From positions 57,104 to 121,103 of the forward strand of contig JAJEAA010000031.1 of the NCBI GenBank assembly GCA_022824365.1: DNA of 64,000 bases, read 5' to 3'. Source of the DNA: Anaerolineae bacterium (lineage in GTDB: Bacteria > Chloroflexota > Anaerolineae > Aggregatilineales > Phototrophicaceae). The notes below the pieces were generated by a model that had not been told where the DNA came from, did not search any database, and saw only the letters and a list, made by a program, of their open reading frames with translations. How positions within the stretch are numbered: position 1 is the stretch's first letter; each line of letters opens with the position of its first letter. Both the position numbers and the translations under genes were made by a program. Below, in pieces: positions 56,913 through 64,000 of this stretch.

Positions 56913-58220
56913 ATGATGAAGTTCAAAACTAGACATTTCAGCCTGCTGTTGTTCGTCCTGCTATTGATTCTTTCCAGCTCGGTCACTATCGCGCAGGACA
57001 CAACCTTGACCATGTTGACGCACTGGGGCACGGAAGATCAATTGGCGGCTCAGCAAACCATCATTGATGCTTACATGGCGGAGAACCCGGATGTCGCAAT
57101 CGAGTTGGTCACGGTCGACTTTGGCGAACTGCGAACAAAAATCATTACGGGCCGCACCGCCGGCATAAGCGCCGATGTCTACCACTTCTATCACTTGTGG
57201 CTGCCGGACTTTGTCAACGCCGGCGTCCTGGCCGAGCCGCCCCAGGATTCGCTGAGCTACATTGACGAGAATGTCGCCCAGGGCACAATCGACGCCGTCA
57301 GCACCCCCGATGGGCAAACCTGGGGGTATCCGACCGAGGTCAATCCCTACCTGCTCGTTTACAACAAGCGTTTGCTAGCGGAAGCGGGTTATGAGGCGCC
57401 GCCGGCGAATTGGGAGGAACTCAAGGAAATCGCGGCTGCTATCACGCAGGTTGATGACACGGGCGCCATCAGTCAAGTCGGCGTCGGCGTGATGCCCGGT
57501 TGGGACTCCGGCATCGTGCATCCCTTCAGCGCTCTGCTCTTCTCGAACGGCGGCAATTACCTGAGCGAAGATCGCACGGTCGCCGAGTTCAACAGCGCGG
57601 AAGGCGTCGAGACGCTGCAACTTTATGCCGATCTGGTCGCTAGCGGCGGCACTGATCCCAGCATCAACGGTTTGGGCGATTTCCCCAGCGGCACTGTCGG
57701 CATGGTGATCATGGCGCCATGGTGGCGGGCGACGCTGCGCGCGGCCGAAGGCATCGACTTTGATACCGAGGTTGGCGTCGCCGAGATTCCTGTGGGACCG
57801 AGCGGAGACGCGCCGTCGAGCATCGCCTATACCTGGCTCTTCGCCGTCGATTCCAATTCGCCCAACAAACCGGCCGCCTGGGACTTCATCCATTGGATGA
57901 ATGCCGAGCATGAAGCAGGCGCTGGTTCCGCGATTGGGGACTTCCTCGTCAACGCGCTTGGGGCCATCCCGAGCTTTGACCATGACCAAGCCGCCTTCGC
58001 CGAATCCATGAGCGATCACTATGTCTCGGCATTCGTGGCCGCCTCCGCTTATGCGCGGCCGGAACAGATCGTCGCCGGCGGTCAGGAGATCAAGACTCTG
58101 CTACAGGTCGAGATCGAAGCCGTTCTGGCGGGGATGACGACGCCGGAAGACGCGCTGGCATCGGTGGAAATGCAAGCGAACGCCATTTTGGAAGAGCAAA
58201 GGATGATGGCTGAGGAATAG
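56913..58220 (+). CDS. Sugar ABC transporter substrate-binding protein (family 1)
   Basis: 435 aa with GAGGAG upstream and signal peptide LLLFVLLLILSSSVTIAQ. Confidence 0.85.
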   Translation: MMKFKTRHFSLLLFVLLLILSSSVTIAQDTTLTMLTHWGTEDQLAAQQTIIDAYMAENPDVAIELVTVDFGELRTKIITGRTAGISADVYHFYHLWLPDFVNAGVLAEPPQDSLSYIDENVAQGTIDAVSTPDGQTWGYPTEVNPYLLVYNKRLLAEAGYEAPPANWEELKEIAAAITQVDDTGAISQVGVGVMPGWDSGIVHPFSALLFSNGGNYLSEDRTVAEFNSAEGVETLQLYADLVASGGTDPSINGLGDFPSGTVGMVIMAPWWRATLRAAEGIDFDTEVGVAEIPVGPSGDAPSSIAYTWLFAVDSNSPNKPAAWDFIHWMNAEHEAGAGSAIGDFLVNALGAIPSFDHDQAAFAESMSDHYVSAFVAASAYARPEQIVAGGQEIKTLLQVEIEAVLAGMTTPEDALASVEMQANAILEEQRMMAEE

Positions 58221-58240
58221 GCTTTACAGGACCACAAGCC

Positions 58241-58272
58241 AAGCGAGGGCCTGGTCAAGCCTGCTCGCTTTT
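58241..58272 (+). terminator. Terminator-like hairpin after the second sugar SBP gene
   Basis: aagcgag ... ctcgctt stem followed by ttt. The loop is long (16 nt). Confidence 0.4.
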
Positions 58273-58310
58273 CAAATCAGCTATCGTATATGCTGAGCAA
58301 GCCTGAAGAC

Positions 58311-58347
58311 GCCCCTCCTCATTTACTCGGGGAGGGGTTGGGCCGGG
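58311..58347 (+). repeat. REP-A hairpin element
   Basis: cccctcc tc atttactc ggggagggg plus tail ttgggccggg. Ends 2 nt before the permease start codon. Confidence 0.75.
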
Positions 58348-58348
58348 A

Positions 58349-59293
58349 ATGCTAATGTCCTCCCATGCCTCAAAGACCGCCTGGTGGCTGCCGGAAATCC
58401 CCAAGAGCGCGCTCATGCGGCGGCGTATGCTTTGGGCTTATGTCTTTGTCTCCGCGCCGATCTTCGCTCTGCTCGTATTCCTCTTGGGGCCGATTCTGTT
58501 TTCCGGCTGGGTGAGCCTGCACCGCTGGGACATGCTTTCGCCCGTCAGTGACATGCCCTGGCGGGGCTTGAGCAACTACAGCTACTTGCTGACCAAAGAT
58601 CCCGTCTTTCTCAAGTCACTGGGCAACACATTTCTCTTTGCCATCGGCGGAGTGGGCGCCAACACCGTACTCGGTTTGGGCTTCGCGCTGCTGCTCAACA
58701 GCCGCATTCGCGGGCGGACAATATGGCGAGTGCTGTATTTCATGCCGGTCATCACCGCGCCTTTAGCGCTGGCGGTTATGTTCTCCTTTATCTTCAATCG
58801 CAATTACGGCGTAGTCAACAATGTCATCACCGCCTTTGGCCTGCCGCGCCAGCCCTTTCTCAGCGGGCCCAGTCAAGCGCTGATGACGCTCGTCTTCATC
58901 GCCATCTACCAGTACGTCGGCTACTATATCGTGATCTTTCTGGCGGGTTTGCAGGGCATCCCGCAAGATTATTACGATGCGGCGCAGGTCGATGGCGCTG
59001 GCAAATGGCAGGAGTTTCGCTTCATCACGCTGCCGCTATTGCGCCCGGTGATGCTTTTCGTCGTGGTGACCAATACCATCGGCGCTTTACAGGTCTTTGA
59101 TCTCGTCTTCGCCACTACTGGCGGGGCGCCGGCCAACAGTTCGATGACGGTTGTCTTGCACATGTACAATACCGCCTTCAAATTTTCGCGAATGGGGCGA
59201 GCTTCGGCTATGGCTTTCATCCTTTTCGCTATCATCATGTTGATCACTATCGCGCAGGTCCGCCTCTTAAGGGACCGCACTTACCAGGACTGA
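58349..59293 (+). CDS. Sugar ABC transporter permease (MalF/UgpA-like)
   Basis: 314 aa with EAA loop (YDAAQVDGAGKWQEFRFITLP). Start 58349 or 58355. Confidence 0.88.
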   Translation: MLMSSHASKTAWWLPEIPKSALMRRRMLWAYVFVSAPIFALLVFLLGPILFSGWVSLHRWDMLSPVSDMPWRGLSNYSYLLTKDPVFLKSLGNTFLFAIGGVGANTVLGLGFALLLNSRIRGRTIWRVLYFMPVITAPLALAVMFSFIFNRNYGVVNNVITAFGLPRQPFLSGPSQALMTLVFIAIYQYVGYYIVIFLAGLQGIPQDYYDAAQVDGAGKWQEFRFITLPLLRPVMLFVVVTNTIGALQVFDLVFATTGGAPANSSMTVVLHMYNTAFKFSRMGRASAMAFILFAIIMLITIAQVRLLRDRTYQD

Positions 59294-59298
59294 AGGCG

Positions 59299-60138
59299 AT
59301 GTCGGATCATTCATCTCGGCTGCAGCCGATGGGAGCAGTTGTCAAGTACCTGGTCTTGTTCGGGGGCGCCTTCGTCATGGTCTTCCCCTTTGTTTGGATG
59401 ATCATCGCCTCGCTGATGACCGCCGGCGAGATTCAACTGCGTCCGCCTGTTTGGCTGCCGGCCGAGCCGCAGTTTGGCAACTATATCGAATTGACTGAAT
59501 CCATTCCCATCGGCCGGCTCTATTTCAACAGCCTCTTCACCTCGGGCTTAATCGTCTTCGGTGTTCTACTGAGCAGTTCGCTGGCCGGCTTCGCCTTCGC
59601 CAAGTACCGCTTTCCGGGCCGGGAAGCTCTCTTTTACCTGATACTGGCGACCATGATGATTCCCTTCTTTGTGACGCTCATCCCGGTGTTTTTTATCGTG
59701 CGGCAGTTGGGCTGGATCGATACGTATCAGGGGCTGGTCGTGCCCGGGCTCACCTCGGCTTACGGCATCTTCTTGATGCGCCAGTTCATCGTCAGCCTGC
59801 CGGACGAATTGATCGACGCCGCCCGCATCGACGGCGCGTCCGAATTAAGAATCTTCTGGCGGATAGTTGTACCGCTGGTCAAACCGGCTTTGGCTACCCT
59901 GGGCACGTTCACATTCATCGGTTCCTGGAATGCTTTCCTATGGCCCCTGTTGGTCATCAACAGCCGCGAACTGATGACCTTGCCCCTCGGCATCAATTCG
60001 ATGAAGAGCCTCTATGCCGATAATACCAACTTGCTGATGGCCGGCACGGCCGTCGCCGTCATTCCCATGCTAATTGTATTCATCTTCTTGCAGCGCTATT
60101 TCATTAAGGGAATCGCGCTCACAGGCTTGAAAGGATAA
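59299..60138 (+). CDS. Sugar ABC transporter permease (MalG/UgpE-like)
   Basis: 279 aa with EAA loop (IDAARIDGASELRIFWRIVVP). Confidence 0.88.
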   Translation: MSDHSSRLQPMGAVVKYLVLFGGAFVMVFPFVWMIIASLMTAGEIQLRPPVWLPAEPQFGNYIELTESIPIGRLYFNSLFTSGLIVFGVLLSSSLAGFAFAKYRFPGREALFYLILATMMIPFFVTLIPVFFIVRQLGWIDTYQGLVVPGLTSAYGIFLMRQFIVSLPDELIDAARIDGASELRIFWRIVVPLVKPALATLGTFTFIGSWNAFLWPLLVINSRELMTLPLGINSMKSLYADNTNLLMAGTAVAVIPMLIVFIFLQRYFIKGIALTGLKG

Positions 60139-60147
60139 TGGACGCTT

Positions 60148-61089
60148 ATGGATATCCGACCATTCCAGGGCAAAGACGAATCTGAACTGCTGGATGTATG
60201 GCATCGCGCCATGTCCAGCGATCGCATCAGCGACAGTCTCTTCCGCAGTCAAGTCTTGCTCGATCCCAACTTTCATCCCGACTACGTTCCCGTGGCTGTC
60301 GAGGACGGGCGCGTGGTCGGTTTCATTCTCTGTCTTGTGCGGCGAGTCCCTTATTTTCTGCAAGGCATGGACCCGGCTGAAGCCTGGATCACCGCCTTCG
60401 GCGTGCATCCGGACTACCGCGGCCGCGGCATCGGCAGCGCTCTCTTTGCGTACATCATCGACAAGCTGCGGGGGGAAGGGCGGGCGAATGTCGATATCTC
60501 GCCTTACGTGCCGAATTATTTTGTGCCCGGCATAGACAGGCGCGCCTACCCCGATACCATCCGCTACCTGCAAGAACGCGTCGGCTTCAGGACCTTGTAC
60601 CACGCGATCAGCATGGGGGCGGACCTGAGCGGCTTTCAAATCCCGGCCGAGATCCAGGCTCGCATCGACCGCAGCGAAGCCGAAGACGGCCTGACAATCC
60701 GCCCGATTGAAGCCGCCGATATCCCCGACCTGATGCCTTTCCTGGTCGAGCACTTCGGCTGGGACTGGTTTCGGCACGCCCAGAGTTACCTGCTCGAATA
60801 CTTCGGCGATAGTCCGCATCGCATTTCTTTTTTGATCGCGCGAGAAAAGGGCGAGGTGGTGGGCTTCTGTCAACAGCGCAACGAACGCTATGGACCCTTC
60901 GGCGTGCGCCCGGATTGTCGCAATCGCGGAATCGGGAGAATGCTGCTCTTCAAGTGCCTGGAGCAGATGAGCGCCAAACATGTCTTTTTCGCCTATTTCC
61001 TCTGGACAGACGAGGACGCGGCGCGTTTGTATTCGCTGGCCGGTTTCGAGCGTCGGCGAGAATTCGCTGTGATGCGCAAACTGCTATAG
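60148..61089 (+). CDS. GNAT family N-acetyltransferase (two-domain)
   Basis: 313 aa with acetyl-CoA motif A twice (HPDYRGRGIGSALF and RPDCRNRGIGRMLL). Confidence 0.8.
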   Translation: MDIRPFQGKDESELLDVWHRAMSSDRISDSLFRSQVLLDPNFHPDYVPVAVEDGRVVGFILCLVRRVPYFLQGMDPAEAWITAFGVHPDYRGRGIGSALFAYIIDKLRGEGRANVDISPYVPNYFVPGIDRRAYPDTIRYLQERVGFRTLYHAISMGADLSGFQIPAEIQARIDRSEAEDGLTIRPIEAADIPDLMPFLVEHFGWDWFRHAQSYLLEYFGDSPHRISFLIAREKGEVVGFCQQRNERYGPFGVRPDCRNRGIGRMLLFKCLEQMSAKHVFFAYFLWTDEDAARLYSLAGFERRREFAVMRKLL

Positions 61090-61112
61090 AGACGAGATAA
61101 GGAGAGAAAAGT

Positions 61113-61820
61113 ATGTCCGGACATCTGATGGTCGTAGGCGGTCACATATCCGACGCCGAAAATATGGCGGGCGCCGTCATGTTGAAGCACAAGAAAGCAG
61201 GCTGGGATATCACCATTGTTCACGCGACGACGGGCGAAAAGGGCCACCCCACGCTCAGCGCGCAGGACTATCTCAAGATGCGGCTGGCGGATGCGCAGGC
61301 TTCGGCCGAGTTCATCGGCGCCAACATGGAACTCCTGCCTTATGGCGATGGCGAGTTGCCGGTTAACGATCGCTCGATCTGGCTGATGGCGGATCTCATC
61401 CGCAAGTACAAGCCAACGCTGATCATCACACATTGGAAGGGCAGCTTCCACATCGACCACAACAATACCCATGACGTGGTCATGAAGGCTTTATTCCGCG
61501 CCGGCTTACCCGCCTTTGAACGCGAAGAGCCGGCGCATTCGCCGCAAGCCGTCCTCTTTTCGGAAAACTGGGAAGATATGGAGGGGTACAACGCTGACAT
61601 TTATCTCGATGTCAGCGATGTCTTCGACGACTATCTCAAGCTTTTGAAGACGCACGCCCTGATGCGGGAGAGTTATTCCAGCTTTCGCTATTGGGATTAT
61701 TACAAAGCATTGGGAGAAGCTCGGGGCGCCCTCGGCGGATATGACCGCGCCGTGACCTTGATGCGTCCGCGCAGCCTGTACTCTTTCGAGCGCAAGAGCG
61801 GTCTCTTGCTGGAGGGCTAA
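61113..61820 (+). CDS. PIG-L/LmbE family deacetylase
   Basis: 235 aa with VVGGHISDAE, HATTGEKGHP and HIDHNNTH zinc-site pattern. Confidence 0.8.
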   Translation: MSGHLMVVGGHISDAENMAGAVMLKHKKAGWDITIVHATTGEKGHPTLSAQDYLKMRLADAQASAEFIGANMELLPYGDGELPVNDRSIWLMADLIRKYKPTLIITHWKGSFHIDHNNTHDVVMKALFRAGLPAFEREEPAHSPQAVLFSENWEDMEGYNADIYLDVSDVFDDYLKLLKTHALMRESYSSFRYWDYYKALGEARGALGGYDRAVTLMRPRSLYSFERKSGLLLEG

Positions 61821-61827
61821 ACACAGG

Positions 61828-62991
61828 TCATTCCGACCACTCGCTCAATGTCGCCAGCAGTTCATCACGCGCCGGCGGCTTTTTCAAGTAGCCGTCAGCG
61901 CCCAGCGACAGCGCCAGTTCCTCCATCGCCAGCACGGAGCAAATGAGCACCGGTATGTCCGCAGTAGACGGATGATTTTTGAAGCGTTGCAAGATCTGCC
62001 AGCCATCCGCGCCCGGCAGCATCACATCCAAAATGACGCATAAGAGCGGCAGGCCCTGCGCGATGCTCAGCGCCTCGCCTTCTTCCCGCGCCGCCAAGAG
62101 TTGATAGGGCTGCTTGGCCAGATAGCGCTTGAACAAAGCAATGGTGTCCGGATTGTCATCCACGATCAAGACCCGGTGGACTTTCCGCTGGAATCTCAGC
62201 ATCAGCCGCGACGCCTCACATTCCAAACGCGCATTCACACTCTTCATCAGCGCCATCGCGGTGCGGTCGCCGCCAAGCCGCTGCCAAGCGTCCTGCGCCG
62301 CCGCCATGCTGGAAAAGGCGATCGTCGGCTCGCCCTCTTCCATCGTCAAGGCGATGCTGATCTGACCGCCGGGCGGCATCCCAGCCATGAGATCGTTCAG
62401 CAGGTAGATCACCAACTGGCGGAAGACCGGCTGCGAAATTTGAAGTTGAACCGGCGCGCCCGCCCCCTCGGCGCGAATGTCGATCTCGCGCTGCCGGGCG
62501 ATCGCTCCCGTCGAACGCAGCGCCGCCTGGATTTCGGCTTCGGCGTCAAAGCTCGCCTGGCCTCGGTCGACGCTCAAGTATTCGAGCTCGCCAACCAGCG
62601 AAAGCATTTCGGGAGCCTGCGCGCCGGCAAAATATTTGTCCCAGATAACGCGGCTGATCGTTTGCAGCGCCCGCTGATGCTCGCGATAATACTGTCGCTC
62701 GCTCAATGCCAGCCGATTCAAGACTGCGTTGGTACCCTGCTCCTCGATATAACGCAGCAGCAATAAGTGATAAAGTCGGTTCCGCCGTGATGCCGGGCTG
62801 GTGGCGCTCCCCCGCCGCAAGTCTTCTATCGCCGCCAATACCGCGCCGCGAATCGCCCCCATGCGCTCTTTGCCGCTATGCCCTTCCGCCAGTTGCCGCG
62901 CCACCGGATTCTCGACCAGCTTCAAGTAGTCGTAGAGATTGCTCAACAAGTCGCGGATATTATCTTCGAATTCGCGGCTATAGATCGTCAT
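61828..62991 (-). CDS. Response-regulator receiver domain protein with unassigned N-terminal region
   Basis: 387 aa. C-terminal REC domain (VLIVDDNPD...VILDVMLPGADGW...ADGYLKKP). N-terminal ~260 aa carry no clear H-box or HTH motif. Confidence 0.7.
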   Translation of the reverse strand: MTIYSREFEDNIRDLLSNLYDYLKLVENPVARQLAEGHSGKERMGAIRGAVLAAIEDLRRGSATSPASRRNRLYHLLLLRYIEEQGTNAVLNRLALSERQYYREHQRALQTISRVIWDKYFAGAQAPEMLSLVGELEYLSVDRGQASFDAEAEIQAALRSTGAIARQREIDIRAEGAGAPVQLQISQPVFRQLVIYLLNDLMAGMPPGGQISIALTMEEGEPTIAFSSMAAAQDAWQRLGGDRTAMALMKSVNARLECEASRLMLRFQRKVHRVLIVDDNPDTIALFKRYLAKQPYQLLAAREEGEALSIAQGLPLLCVILDVMLPGADGWQILQRFKNHPSTADIPVLICSVLAMEELALSLGADGYLKKPPARDELLATLSEWSE

Positions 62992-63250
62992 CGCAGACCG
63001 AATATGGCAGGAATATGGCAGTCCAACGCCAGTATCGCCCCGTTACATTTTAAGCAGGTGGGAAAGACTATATCAAAGAGCAACAGGTTTTATCAAACGG
63101 GCGACCACCACAAGCAATACATCAGCCTCGCCAGGTCGCCTTTCACGCAAATCTGTCCACCTTGCGCTATCATCTGGAGGAGGGAGGCTTCGATTGACGC
63201 TACAAGTTTCACAAATTCGTTCGCTCTACTGTTAGTAATCGAGGTGAAAA

Positions 63251-64000
63251 ATGCTCCGCCAACGTAAATTAGTTACGCTTCTGGTCGTTCTGGTCTTGCT
63301 GCTTGGCGCCGTCGCCAGCGCGCAGGACGATGGCTTGAAGCTCACCGGCTGGCCCTACGAAGTTGATGTCGTAACCGAGAACCTGGGCCGTTTTACCGAT
63401 CAATCGGGTCATGGGGCTGTGTTCTTGCCCTTCCCCAGCAATGAGTACCGCGACAAGATGGTCGCCAGTTTCGTGGCCGGCACCGAATTTGATGTCGCCT
63501 ACGTCCGCGACAGCTACCTGGCGGAATGGGCATCGGCTGGCTGGATCGTGCCGATAAGCGGTTTGGAAGGCGCCGATGAACTGCTGGCGGACTTGCCGGC
63601 GGGCATCATCGAGCAGATGTCCTACGATGGCGAGGTCTATGGCCTGCCCTACTATTCCGGCGTTCAGACGATGGCTTACAACGCGGCGCATCTGGAAGCG
63701 GCCGGCGTTGATGGACCGCCCGAAACCTGGGACCAGATGCTGGAACAGGCGCAGATGATCAAAGACGCCGGCGTGGTCGAATACCCCATTCTGATGCAAC
63801 TGCGCAGCGGCGAGAACTACCTGCTCCGCGAATGGGAGACGCTGACCGCCTCACGCGGCGGCCGCCTCTTTGACGAGGACTTCAACCCCTTGTTCCATCT
63901 CGAAGGCAGCGCGGCTTGGGAGGCGCTCGATTGGCTGACGGAAGGCTTGGACGCGGGCCTGATCGATCCGGCCTCGATCACCGATGATGACGGCACGCTG
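63251..64000 (+). CDS. ABC transporter substrate-binding protein (family 1), 3' end outside window
   Basis: Not in the ORF track because it has no stop inside the window. ATG 63251 after GAGGTGA. Signal peptide LVTLLVVLVLLLGAVASAQ. Frame is open to position 64000. The antisense 176-aa ORF is an artefact. Confidence 0.8.
   Translation, partial: MLRQRKLVTLLVVLVLLLGAVASAQDDGLKLTGWPYEVDVVTENLGRFTDQSGHGAVFLPFPSNEYRDKMVASFVAGTEFDVAYVRDSYLAEWASAGWIVPISGLEGADELLADLPAGIIEQMSYDGEVYGLPYYSGVQTMAYNAAHLEAAGVDGPPETWDQMLEQAQMIKDAGVVEYPILMQLRSGENYLLREWETLTASRGGRLFDEDFNPLFHLEGSAAWEALDWLTEGLDAGLIDPASITDDDGTL

Overview
GC-rich (by eye about 60%, not computed) bacterial chromosomal segment. The repeat families and gene content suggest a Chloroflexota-like organism, which is inference only. 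I call about 60 protein genes and saw no rRNA, tRNA or CRISPR array. The backbone is uptake and catabolic operons. These are: a dpp/opp-type peptide ABC transporter followed by a BPL_N-like protein and an AtzG-like/amidase pair (0-6.8 kb); an acyl-CoA synthetase and an SDR; a glutamine-synthetase-like/oxidoreductase/PhyH operon; a family-5 SBP, two permeases and two BNR sialidase-like genes (16-22 kb); and a myo-inositol operon iolG-iolC-iolB-iolD (22-30 kb). Further on come a P450, cupin, uxuA, murJ, cytochrome c, YcaQ/AlkZ-like gene, CDF transporter, maeB and an IPMDH-family dehydrogenase. Two CUT1-type sugar ABC systems with a DUF1343/NamZ-like gene, a GNAT and a PIG-L deacetylase occupy 52-62 kb. 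Visibly AT-richer islets carry defence or addiction genes. These are HicAB (11.9-12.3 kb), a PARIS-like AriA/AriB pair wedged inside the iol operon (24.2-26.4 kb), and a RelE/ParE toxin with a tandemly duplicated antitoxin (30.5-31.3 kb). There is also an MmeI-type Type IIL R-M enzyme (33.5-36.5 kb) and a solitary NYN-domain gene (50.2-50.8 kb). The best candidate for an undescribed system is an unrecognised three-gene cassette ending in an Abi_C/HEPN-like protein (43.5-45.4 kb). That cassette and the NYN gene lie beside decayed duplicate copies of the 3' ends of maeB and of the dehydrogenase gene, which look like integration scars. Several dispersed REP-like hairpin families and one MITE-like element are present.
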